Shown in pieces: positions 23,801 to 34,500 of a DNA stretch of 64,000 bases; position 1 is the stretch's first letter, and each line of letters opens with the position of its first letter. The position numbers and the translations under genes are program-made. Where the stretch lies: the NCBI RefSeq assembly GCF_036588685.1, contig NC_086373.1, positions 73,780,001 through 73,844,000 of the forward strand, given 5' to 3'. This DNA comes from Mytilus trossulus. Taxonomy: Eukaryota. The notes beneath the pieces were generated by a model. That model saw nothing but the letters and a program-made list of their open reading frames with translations, was not told where the DNA came from and did no database searches.

Positions 23801-26800
23801 TGAAATACCATCTTGCTTCTAAAAATTATAGAATCACATCCATAACATAATCTATAAGAAAACCAATTCAGATAGCATCACAGATATAAATTTACCATCA
23901 CATTACCCTGATGCTAAAAGGCCTTGGGGAGAACACTGTCACATATAAACTCATAGTTACATTGTAATTTTTGGGATTGACAGACTTTACAATTGAACTT
24001 TAGAATCCATTGATTGATCAAGAAAATTTATGTTCTTGTCATCTCAATTAAGCTTATTTTCTGAATATAATTTTTATGCACAAAACTAATGTCAGTACAA
24101 TATATTAAATTTATGCCCAGCAGATTTTATGTAAAGAAAAATCTTAAAATGTTCAAATCACAAATTTAAATAAAAGATTTGTTTGATGGTATAACAGTTT
24201 TTCACATGTTAAACATTATTTATTTTGTTTAGTATGATAAACAAAATGATTACATAACATTGATCAACATTATTCTGAAAAATGTCTCTGTTTATTACCA
24301 GCCATGAGCGCCAAGATGGCAGGTGAAGAAATAGATATCCAGGCAGAGCTTAAACAATTGGAAAAAGAACAGCAAGCCAAAAGAAAAGTATGTACATATA
24401 ATTGTAATTAAATTTTTCATCTTAGATAAATCTTAAAATAGATGATTTTTGGTATTGAGATGTATGTCTTGTTATTGTTTTTTCAATAGTTGCCAAAGTT
24501 TGGTTTTTTTTCACACAAAAGAGAGTTCCTAAATTGTTGAACATAATGTTTAAGCCAATTTAAAATTATAAATGGTGTGACTCAGTTGATTGTTGATATA
24601 CAACTGTTTAACCATGGATATAGTAACTTAAAGAAAACAGAGCAAAAAAAAAAATTTGATATCAGATTATAACTACAATAACTTTCAACTTGGAAGATTT
24701 GAAATGATGACAATTTTGCTTGTGAAAATTTGCCTTGTAAGCACTTTACTTATTGCATGAAATAGCTAGCAGCTATATTTCTTGATTCAGGAGAACATCT
24801 TTGATTTCTTGATTAATTACATGATTTGTTTACTTATTTTCAGTTACTATGTATTCTTTTTTTTTTTATAAGGCCCTTGATGAAGAGCTAGCCAAACAAA
24901 AACAAGCATTGAAAGACAAAATAAACAAAAAGAAGAGAAAAGGACAAGAAAAGGAAGAAGAGGAAATTGAAGCTTATCATATCTTGATGCTGCAGCAGAG
25001 TCAAGCTGAAAAATCAAAACAAGCTGTTGATGGAGAGAAAAGTAGACAAAGCAGCAAAGTGTGTACAAATACTTTGAAAAATTTATGTTATGATTTTTCC
25101 ATTTTTCCAATTTTCTGGAACTGCATTTCAAAATTGTTTGAATTTTCCCACTTAAAGGTTATGGTAACATCACTGTTATGTTTTGAAAACTATAGGGCTG
25201 GTAAATGAGTATGTTCGATAAGGTCCTAAAATGGCCCCCTTTTTTAACGTTAATTTCAAATTCGAATTTATTTACCAAAATCACGACAAATTATAGCTAA
25301 TACATTGACTAGATAGGATATAAGCAATTTTGTTGAAAACTTTACATTTCTGCGTTTCATTATGACGTTACAAGTTGTACTCATATTGATTTTTCACCAA
25401 AAAAATCAATGAAAATGGATAAATTTCCATATATTATTGGACAGGAAACATAGAGCACATACGTGGACAACAAAGATCTTTTAAAATAAAGTTTGTGATG
25501 ACATTTCTCATGTCTCATTTGAATATTAAGCTTGTCAACGCTTGCGCTCTATGTTTCCTGGTCCTTTATTTGGTTGAAATCCAGCTGATTTTGTCAAATT
25601 TTACCAAAATCCCTTATGCTGACCTTTTTGGGATGTAAAAATCAACGTGTTAGAATAAAACTTTGACAAAAACAGTTCTGTTCAACTTTCTGTCATGTCT
25701 TTACGGTAACTTAAAACATGTATTGTCTTGTTACTATGAACTTGATAATCAGGGCCAAATACGGCCTTTAGCGAACTTACTCCTTTGCCTCATAAAATGA
25801 TAATAAGAAGAATCTTATGTTTATTTTGATTCATCATCGCTCTTCATACTATGGGAAGTTGGATGATATGTTCAATATCCTTTATCCATATTTATCTACT
25901 TTTATTTTGTTTTCCTGATAGAATTAAATGGTCTGGGTTCCGAACCTGTTAAAAATCTGCTGATTGACATTTTAATTATAACTGATGTCATTATTAAAAT
26001 TTGTTTCATTGTAAAAGCAGTGCTTTGGTCAGTTGTTTAACATTTGAGTTTTTCCTACCTGTCATTTTTGTTTGCAAAATTGTAATGAATCTTTGCTTTT
26101 CCACCATATCAAGTTGAGATATTTATAAAGATTCTGTTTCTGTTCTTCAAATAACATGATGGATCACAATGGAAATAATAATAATTTCAGCTTCAGGATA
26201 AGATCAGGCTCCGTAAGGAAGAGAGAATTCGTCTCAAACAAGAAGCTGGTATGCATGTATCTGAAGAAGAGAGCAACTCTCGCCCAAGCACAGTTGATTC
26301 AAAGGTAAAATATTCAAATTCATTATTTGAAAAAAAGACATAGTTAGATTTTCCTAGCATGTTGATTTTTGTCTGATCTGCAAGGAAACTTGTGGAAAGC
26401 AAGACATAGGGATATAAATTTATTTAGCATTTTTTCAATTTTAAATTTTGATACGCCCGTTTATGGGATGAATAATAGTAAACTGTTGACTGTCTGTCCA
26501 TCCGTCTGTTGTAAATATGTTGGACATTAACTCAAAAACAATTAAACAGATATGCATGAAACTTGGGGGAATTCTTTATATCTATTGACATGAGCTCCCT
26601 TCTGTTTTTTATAAATTTCAAATATACCATCACAAGTTTTGGGGTTTTATTCATTAAAAAAGGGGGGATTTTACAGTTTTAGGACAATAACTCAAGAATT
26701 CTTTCACCAATAAACAAGAAATTTTGGTGGATTTTTTATATCTATTGACATGAGCTCCCTTTCAATTTTTATAAATTGTAGATTTTATGTTCGGTTTTAT

Positions 26801-29607
26801 TAAAAAAAAAGGTGGTCTCATATTTTCGGACAATAACTAAGAAATTTTTCAGCAGTTGTCATGAAACTTTGGTGAATCGTTCATATCTGTTGATGTTCGG
26901 TCCCTTTAGAATTTTATAAATTTTGGATTTTAGATTTCTGAGTTATGGGGTTTTATTCATTAAAAAAGGGGGATTTTACAGTTTTTGGACAATAACTCAA
27001 AAATGCTTTCAACTTTGGTGAATTGTTTATAGCTATTGATGTAATCTCCCTATTGATTTTCATAAATTTCAAATATGACATTGAGAACAAATTGAACTTC
27101 ATTTGTTCATAGTCTGACAACAGATTTACTATAAAGTATTAGGCAACAGTAAGAAATCTTTAATTGAATATAAATTCAATTCATATAACCAATTTCAAGT
27201 TCTTTAGTTACATTTATTCAGAAACCTATAATATGCCAAATATTTAATTACAATCCAAATTGAGACATGTATCAAGCTTGAATATTGTGTCCATTTTAGC
27301 CTAAACTGTTCATGGTTGGACCTCTGCAGGGGTATTCAGCTGCACTCAGCTAAGCAGTTTTTTCTAGTTATACATTGTTAGGAACTTCTTACAATAAACA
27401 CAGTTTTCTTATATAAGTTTTATAAAAAAATTTCATCTCAGTTTTTTACCCCATTTTCAGGCCCAATCCACTAGTAAAACAAATATACTGCATTGCTCAG
27501 CTAATCAAACTTAATCATTCATTGTAGAAAACCCCTCCACTATTTGCACTTCACAGAGAGAAAACGGTGGTTAATGTGGACATTACAGAAGATCAGAAAC
27601 AAGCTGTATTTAATAAACTTGTACGTGAACAGACAAGTCTTCATGATAAGATCAAACAACAACAGGAGCAACAGCAAGAAATGGTGAGTTATATCCAGAA
27701 CTGAAAGAAATTTTTTTTTTGTCAAGTATCCTGACATGCGCTTGTTCTTATTAATACCGGTACTTTGCATAATGTTCAAGTATTTAAGATTTACAGATTT
27801 TGTTCAGACACAGACACAGATGTTGCTGTACTCATTTGCAGAAACAATGCAGTCTAATAGTATCTGTTATTGTTTAACAGTTACTATAATATGCAAGTCT
27901 TTACTTAGCTTTTGTTTTCCTCCACTAAATACATGTAATGAGTAAAGTTTTGAATGTGTAAGTCATTTACAATTAAATTACAGAAACAAGTAGGTCCAGT
28001 AAGACCCTTTTAGGCTTCAAAATATAGCAGTTTTACAAAATTGTTAAAATTAAAACTTTTACCTATTTATTGGAAAGTAGAATACTTCTGCTACATAAAT
28101 ATGGGCTGTTTTTGACAAAACTAGCATCATTAAGTCATGCTAAATTACTGAAATCTTAACAATTTCAGCATTTGTGTTAAATTTTTTAAACGGTTTCCAT
28201 TGTAAATGGAAGTGGCCACATTTGGGTTCATTTTTAATATTTAAATGTTAGTTGTATTTGATGATAAATAAACATATATAAAATTTGAGAGTGAACACAG
28301 ATGTGGCTTATTTCATTTTTGACAAAAAACATCTGAAGAGTGACGTATTATGACATATTTGATAGATTTTCGTTCGTTAGTTGCATAGATTACCTTAGCC
28401 ATATTTGGCACAACTTTTTAGAATTTTGGATCCTCAATGCTCTTCAACTTTGTACTAGTTTGGCTTTATAAATATTTTATTATGAGCGTCACTGATGAGT
28501 CTTATGTAGTCGAAACGCACGTCTGGCGTACTAAATTATAATCCTGGTACCTTTGATAACTATTGTATATTAAAGCTTGAATTTAAGTGTCTTTAATTAC
28601 TTAATCAGTTCAATTCTTTCACTTTAACTAATTGAATCGACTGAAGTGTTCAAAAAGTGTCCAAAATCTTTTATCAGATTAATCTGAAATTTGAGGCCAA
28701 CTCCTTTATTTAAAAAGAGATTTTGAAATATAATTGTACTGAAAGAGTGTTCATTTGTTTGATTATATTTCTAGTTGAGAAGAAGATTAGACAAATCCAG
28801 AGGAAAAAAGGAAATGCAAGCAAAAGAAATTATGGATATGTCTGAAAGACAGAAGAAAGAATATCACAAAACAAAAACTGTAAGTAGAATAGCTGTTACT
28901 ATTAAAATGTACTAATATTATAAAAGCTTGAAAAAACTTGATCACAAGAGAATGGATAGCACAAGTTATTTAAAATATGTCAGTTTTTTTCATGGACAAA
29001 TGCAGATTGTATAACATGGCTCTCTATGTCTGATTTCCAGTGCTGATAAGGGATATTGTTTAACAGAGGAAATCTAAAAAAAAGAAAAGAAAATCGGAAC
29101 TTAAATAATTTGCGCATAAAAAGACTCAGTATTGTACATTTTGAGCATGTTTATAGTAGATTCCAGTATTTTGAATTGCTATGAATTTTTTCTTGCTTCC
29201 AAATAAAATAGGTAAATTCATTCTGTCATAAAATTAAAATATTTGAGTTATCTCCCCTTATATGAAAATGTTTCTAAAAAATTTAATCGAATAAAAAAAC
29301 ATCAGAAGACTCACAATCTACCTTAATGTAAATTTGAATATTGTCTTTGTTGTCTGTTTATGTTAGTCTTTGTTTAAATTGGTATTGTAATGGAGGAGGT
29401 GGGTATGTGTTGTTCACTAGGTGTTAAACTTTTTAATAATATTTCCTGTTATTATTTCTATGCATTTTAAAACATTAATGATTGAATTTACAGGAAGAAC
29501 GTGACAGACAGTTGCAGCAAATGCAACAGAAGATTGCCAAGTCCAAACATAGAGCAAGATCCAGAAGTCCAAACAACATGGGAGCTAGTCCTATCCCAGA
29601 AGATCAG
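959..29607 (+). CDS. Large uncharacterised E/K/R/Q-rich coiled-coil protein, 5'-truncated by the window, multi-exon, terminal exon unresolved
   Basis: 20 AG/GT-bounded exons join in frame with no stop (3260 nt): 959-1074, 1602-1774, 2361-2565, 3070-3225, 3542-3781, 4250-4447, 4848-5013, 8440-8618, 9160-9380, 10472-10629, 10907-11046, 11583-11775, 12233-12378, 13273-13480, 24302-24387, 24873-25058, 26191-26304, 27528-27683, 28775-28879, 29494-29607. All junction phases match. The family is not recognised. Confidence 0.88.
1268..1430 (+). mobile_element. SINE-like repeat fragment with Nin/Deu-domain-like core
   Basis: aaaaccaggtttaatccaccattttct...aatgcctg-aatatgacagttgt resembles the conserved central SINE core. 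Related cores lie at ~39660-39722 (-) and ~56088-56150 (+). Confidence 0.5.
6358..6930 (+). mobile_element. Helentron-associated (HINE/DINE-like) non-autonomous repeat, two internal units
   Basis: Starts tttatgcctcac..gatagtagaggggcattatg (short hairpin), followed by (gtcc/gttc)n microsatellite. Further copies at ~12460-12700 and ~13700-13955. Confidence 0.6.
7147..7914 (+). mobile_element. HINE-like element, single internal unit
   Basis: 5' agctcacttggccc..ggccaagt hairpin; 3' ggtgagc sub-terminal repeat plus aggctctatagagcct hairpin; inserted in a T-run. Near-identical to 30247-31532. Confidence 0.7.
9520..9725. mobile_element. Tc1/mariner-type MITE
   Basis: TIR ctgtggattcatt / aatgaatccacag flanked by TA at 9518-19 and 9726-27. 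Confidence 0.75.
12460..12700 (+). repeat. Partial copy of the 6358-6930 HINE-like family
   Basis: Shares ttaaagtttttggtcaagg..tttttgatgaagttgaagt..atcaacttgaaactt..catggtccactgaacatagaaaatgata. Confidence 0.6.
13700..13955 (+). repeat. Copy of the 6358-6930 HINE-like family
   Basis: tttatgcccc..gggcattatgttttctggtctgtgc start and tggacacattcttgttt end, as in the 6358 copy. Confidence 0.6.
17176..17399 (+). repeat. 16-bp minisatellite, ~14 degenerate units of tgtcggactaatgggc
   Basis: Directly visible tandem periodicity. Confidence 0.85.
17409..17683. repeat. Small foldback/MITE-like inverted repeat
   Basis: tatggcctggttaac..tttctaaaagttaccatt pairs with aatggtagcttttagaaa..gttaaccaggccata. 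Inner arms gactttcatgtagattttttttatcttttc / gaaaagataaaaaaaaatctacatgaaagtc. Confidence 0.7.
17848..17881. repeat. Poly-C tract (34 nt)
   Basis: Homopolymer run. Confidence 0.9.
18660..19018. mobile_element. Palindromic non-autonomous element (Crypton-like architecture)
   Basis: ~75 bp inverted arms 18664-18822 centred on gaagcgc-ggaa-gcgcttc, followed by a unique tail. The family assignment is inference. Confidence 0.55.
20030..20957 (-). mobile_element. Internally deleted Mutator-like element (MULE)
   Basis: TIR ggcgttttacgtttccgcaaattgacattacttttccggaaa versus the reverse-complemented right end gggcgtattgcatttccgctaatttg..ttacttttccggaaa. ~9 bp TSD gttttttcc (20021-29) / gtttttttc (20958-66). 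Sub-terminal ttccggaaa repeats. Confidence 0.75.
20350..20860 (-). pseudogene. MULE DDE transposase C-terminal fragment, frameshifted
   Basis: Manual translation across ~4 frameshifts: SADYIDKDSDFVKLLTHFFGLAYF..EECFVELIADAPS/CMKFADYILE/LPPTIWTSPPD/KRTTNGGE/AFNAHPNEQFYTTHLNIFVFVDVLLKLQTTSYIKMR. RTTNxxE followed by H-x-N-I-F is typical of metazoan MULE transposases. Confidence 0.8.
22840..23465 (+). repeat. HINE-like repeat with degenerate tandem units; related copy at ~62680-63130
   Basis: ttttgtctcgcctt start, aaggcaagaca end, and repeated catctcatttccatggagat motifs shared by both loci. Confidence 0.5.
23751..23938. mobile_element. 188 bp MITE with CAG termini and a 5-bp TSD (hAT5-like)
   Basis: Perfect 14 bp TIR cagtgttctcccca / tggggagaacactg. 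tcaca at 23746-50 and 23939-43. Confidence 0.7.
25207..25782. mobile_element. MITE with GAG...CTC termini (Sola-like)
   Basis: Imperfect ~30 bp TIR gagtatgttcgataaggtcctaaaatggccc / gggccaaatacggcctttagcgaacttactc. No clear TSD. Confidence 0.6.
26450..27070 (+). repeat. HINE-like repeat with ~4 degenerate ~150-160 bp tandem units
   Basis: Recurrent ggacaataactcaa..gaaactttggtgaat..tctattga..ctccct units after a (gtct/gtcc) microsatellite. Confidence 0.6.
28384..28564 (+). mobile_element. Truncated retrozyme / Penelope-like pLTR repeat, copy 1
   Basis: About 155 bp align with 61608-61762. Both copies end at tttgataactat and contain a hammerhead motif. Confidence 0.75.
28486..28529 (+). ncRNA. 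Type I hammerhead ribozyme motif, core intact, stems II/III weakened
   Basis: Stem I gcgtca(28486-91)/tggcgt(28524-29); CUGAUGA 28492-98; stem II gtct-tatgt-agtc (one U-U mismatch); GAAA 28512-15; minimal stem III c-gcac-g; GUC cleavage triplet ending at C28523. Confidence 0.8.
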
Positions 29608-30246
29608 GTAAAATAGATTTAGCTACTTTCTGTGCAGGGTAACATACCATCAATGTTTGTCAGTTTGACCCCATATATACCCAATACTTTATTTAGTATC
29701 AACTTGAATGTAAAAATTTTGTGTTAGCTTTAGTTTATTTGTTGTCAAGGTAATATTTTTATCATCAAAATGTATTTGCTATAAAGTATTGTACCATTTT
29801 TAAAGTAAAAAATTGGAATCACTAATTTATGTTGGCGCTTAAATTTTCAATTGTTTTTTGTGTGGATTTTTTCACCATATTAATCTTCCTATCCTAAACA
29901 TTGTATATGTATTGTCTTAAATTATCCACTGTGTCACTCATTGCTTGGAAGATGATAATATCTGGCTTCCATCAATTTGTTGGTCTTTTAAGGGCTCTCA
30001 CATGTACAATTCTAACCAAGTATTCATGAAATTTATGGGAACAATTTATATTAGCAATGTCTTGGACAAATACTGAAACAAGTTTGTAAATGAACTTTGT
30101 CCTTGGAAAAATTAACTATATGGAATATAACATTGAAAGCCTTGTCAAAACTACGTTACTTGAAGAATTGTTAAGAAATTTACATTGAATGTTTGATATC
30201 AACAAGGTCTCTGACGAGTTTTAGAAATCAGCTCTGATCAATTATT

Positions 30247-31532
30247 AGCTCACCTGGCCCAAAGGGCCAAGTGAGCTTTTCTCATCACTTGGCATCCGTC
30301 ATCCGTCGTCGTCGTCCGTCGTCATTAACTTTTACAAAAATCTTCTCCGCTGAAACTACCAGGTCAAACTATACCAAACTTGGCCACAATCATCATTGGG
30401 GTATCTAGTTTAAAAAATGTGTGGTGTGACCCGGCCAACCAACCAAGATGGCCACTATGGCTAAAAATAGAACATAGGGGTAAAATGCAGTTTTTGGCTT
30501 ATAACTCAAAAACCAAAGCATTTATAGCAAATCTGACTGGGGTAAAAGTGTTTATCAGGTCAAGATCTACCTGCCCTGAAATTTTCAGATGAATCGGACA
30601 ACCCCGTGTTGGGTTGCTGCCCCTGAACTGGTAATTTTAGGGAAATTTTGCTGTTTTTGGTTATTATCTTGAATATTATTATAGATAGAGATAAACTGTA
30701 AACAGCAATAATGTTCAGCAAAGTAAGATCTACAAATAAGTCAACATAACCAAAATGGTCAGTTGACCCCTTTAGGAGTTATTGCCCTTTTTAGTCAATT
30801 TTTAACCATTTTTTGTAAATCTTAGTTATCTTTTACAAAAATCTTCTCCTCTGAAACTACCAGGCCAAATTAATACAAACTTGGCCACAATCATCATTGG
30901 GATATCTAGTTGAAAAAAAGTGTGACGGGACCCGGCCAACCAACCAAGATGGCCCCCATGGCTAAAAATAGAACATAGGGGTAAAATGCAGTTCTTGGCT
31001 TATAACTCAAAAACCAAAGCATTTAGAGCAAATCTGACAGTGAGTAAAATTGTTTATCAGGTCAAGATCTACCTGCCCTGAAATTTTCAGATGAATCGGA
31101 CAACCCCGTGTTGGGTTGCTGCCCCTGAACTGGTAATTTTAGGGAAATTTTGCTGTTTTTGGTTATTATCTTGAATATTATTATAGATAGAGATAAACTG
31201 TAACAGCAATAATGTTCAGCAAAGTAAGATCTACAAATAAGTCAACATAACCAAAATGGTCAGTTGACCCCTTTAGGAGTTATTGTCCTTTATAGTCCAT
31301 TTTTAACAATTTTCATAAAATTTGTAAATTTTAGCTAACATTTTCGACTGAAACTTTTAGGCCAAGTTCAATATAGATAGAAATAATTGTAAGCAGCAAG
31401 AATGTTCAGTAAAGTAAGATGTACAAACACATCACCATCACCAAAACACAATTTTGTCATGAATTCAAATGCGTCCTTTGTTTAATATTCACATAGACCA
31501 AGGTGAGCGACACAGGCTCTTTGGAGCCTCTA
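30247..31532 (+). mobile_element. HINE-like element with a tandemly duplicated ~500 bp internal unit, nested in an older repeat
   Basis: Same ends as 7147-7914, (gtc)n microsatellite. The unit ttttacaaaaatcttctcc..tagtcaatttttaac occurs at ~30330 and ~30830. Confidence 0.75.
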
Positions 31533-34500
31533 TTTTTTTTAGGAGTTATTTCCCTTAGTAATGTTAATCTGTGGTAAATAGCATTGGTTGTGCTCTTAAG
31601 AGTACAATTCTTGTTCAATATTTATGAAATTTATATCACATGTTTATACCAGCTATATCTCTGATGAGTTGGAAAATCAGCTCTAATCAACCTTTGGAAA
31701 TATCATTCAAGTGATTCTTCTGGAGGGAGTCAAAATCTCTTAATACTGATAATGATATATGTATATGAAAAAGTTGCTTTGTAAGCAGTCTCATGCCTAC
31801 ATTTTTGGACAAATATCTTATAAACAGTATAACAAAGGATGTTATTAACAAGCTCTTGAAGAATGTAAACAAACTGTTTTTACAGGAGCTATTCCTCATG
31901 TATATAGAAATATAAGGAAAGTAATAGTGTTGGCAATCTTAGTATAAAATGTTAGTATCTATAACATGGGGGACATTGTTAGACTGTTTTATATATTCAA
32001 GTTATTATTGATAATATTGTTATATATACAGTTGTCAGACAGTGACTAATAATGCATGGTAAATATGTTGTTATACCTTTTTACCTTCCCTTAAAACCTC
32101 AATCTTTGTTTTATCATTTATAAATATCTTTTGTTGATTATCTTTATATCTCTATGAGTATTTCACTTATTGGGTCTGGTATGATTTTGGTTTTTATTGT
32201 TTTTTATGGTTAACAGCTTTTATTTTAAGTTTTAATTTAGCTTACCTTTTATTTCATATTTTGTTCACTAATCTGAAACAGGGAGTATTCATTCTTTTCT
32301 TGTCATTGGGGTATTTGCCTGTAAATGTTTTTTTTCTTGACCTTTTTTTTTTTAAAGTTACACAACCAGATGAATATGATATGACTGGAGTGTTCCTTTT
32401 GTAATTTTCACTGAGTTTGTGTTTTTGTTCCCCTCTGACTAATCAATTATAGGTTATAACTTGCTGTCGAAACATTATAACTCTTTTTAAAATTGAATTG
32501 TTGGTCCAATACCAAGCAATGGCAAGCATATTCATCTGAAATTTAACATTGTCACTGCTGGAACATTAGTTCTACATAAAATCCTCTATAGAAAGATTAG
32601 CTGTCTGCTTTTTCATACATGATCAACAATATTGTGCCCAATCTTGATGCCCATTAGAATTTTTTTTAAATGGTCACCATTGTGTAGAAATCAAAAATGG
32701 TCACCATTATGGCACATAGTTTGGCACATAGTTCAAATTGTACATCCCATTTGGGTCTTTTGGTTGATATTATGGTCAAATATGACATAAGACTATAAAT
32801 GTCAAAAAAACTCCTGTATAGTAGCAACATCTTATTAAGTCAGTAGATAATAGATGTGTGATTGCATATTTTAAAGTTGATGTTTTACCCTAGGTTTTGT
32901 TGTTAGGTTGCTGTCTTATAGACCTATATTTTTTTTTTATTCATGAATGCTCTTGAATGGTTTAAAGCAAGCCAGAATCAATATTTGGAACACAGATTTT
33001 TTTTTCTGCCTAACTCAGGTTATGGTAAAGATTTATCAAAAGAAAAATCAGTGTTTTACTCATAATTTCAAATAGCACCATGGAAATTAACATAGCACTG
33101 GTTTTCCAAAAGTCCCCTATACATTCTATAATCAAATCACCTCTAATTAAGCATGGTGGAAGAAAAATATAGCACCAGGGTACCAAAGTGTTTTAAGGCC
33201 CTGGGATTTATTGAAAAATTCCATTTTTTAATATTAAAGTCATTACAGCAATTCTTTCATCAGTGCTATTAGGATACTTTCTTCTAAGATTCTTTAAATA
33301 TAAACTTTTATATCATGTTTCTGATTCTTATACAGTTAATCAGATTATTACTAATGTATAATTTGTATGCAAATCTTGCCTTTACTCTATATACCTTCTC
33401 TATGATAATATTTTAAAATATATTTGGATTACTTCCCCTTGCAAAGATGACTGAGAAATTTCAGTGTTGTACCTATTAATTTTATAAAGTTTCAATTAAT
33501 TTTGAATTATTGAAATATGGATTATTTCATGCTTTGAGATAATGTTAGAATTATTGCCCTTTAACTGACACATGATAAAAGGTTTACAATACTATATCAT
33601 CCCTACCTCAGATTTAATGTAAATACTGAAATTTGACACCTGCAAATATAGAAAAAGATCCAATTGTCTCAATGAAGACATGCAAATAAAACAAATAAAA
33701 GAATTAATTGATTTTTAATTTACGAATATTTTGTATCTTTAATGTTAAATAATTCACAGGAATTGTGTGACCTACCCGTTAATAACCAGGAAATATTTAC
33801 ATTGTCAGCTTCAGTCATCAAAATAGTTATTCATAAACACAATCTCATTGAATTATGATTTTAATCATTTACATGTATGCTTTGCGTTGGTCTTCAAATT
33901 ATTTTGCATCACCCATCATTATCTGTGTATGTGTTGTTCACCCGTGCGTTAGTCCAGTAACTTTTTTACATTTAGGGCCTTTTAGGACCAACATAAACTT
34001 ACAAATATGTTTATTATAAAAAAGAAGATGTGATATGATTGCCAATGAGACAACTCTCCACAAGAGACCAAAATGACACAGAAATTTACAGCTATAGGTC
34101 ATTGTATGGCCTGTAGTATTAAATAATAATTTTGTATTGGAAATGCTCTATCTTTCAGATGTTGATGCAAACATGTAGTCAAAACATCCACACAAGAATT
34201 TTCTTTCCTATTAATCAAAAATGTATAAGAAATAGTTTCCAAGTATAGATTGAAATGCTTACGTTGCATGTTAATCTATAGAACATAGTAAATCTCATTT
34301 AGAATGATCAATTATGCCGTTATTTGATCTTGAGACCAATGAGAGGTTTGTGATATGGTGCATGTTATCATGCAATTAATATGCATAATGGGAAAGTTTT
34401 TAGTCCTAATTAGGAAATAGCCATTAAGTAATTACCTGTCTTGTACAGTCAAACATGGGGTAAATTAACTTTATGTAAATTTAAGGTTGCAATGACTTTC

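Larger units (their letters stand above)
27988..28703. mobile_element. Degenerate Sola-like MITE hosting the retrozyme insertion
   Basis: The start aagtaggtccagtaagacccttttaggc resembles the 25207 TIR. The right end is eroded (ttgaggccaactc). Confidence 0.45.

Noticed and set aside
27461-27557. Micro-exon or frameshift at acceptors 27460 and 27556
   Set aside because: The TAG acceptor at 27527 gives a phase-0 open exon 27528-27683 that resolves the frame.
959-29607. Naming gene 1 as CC2D2A, EVC2 or trichohyalin
   Set aside because: No C2 or other diagnostic domain is seen; only generic coiled-coil composition is shared.
31655-31690. ctgatgag as a third hammerhead (also 30211 and 44147)
   Set aside because: No stem II/GAAA/stem III/NUH arrangement; the 30211 and 31655 hits are part of a HINE-type unit.
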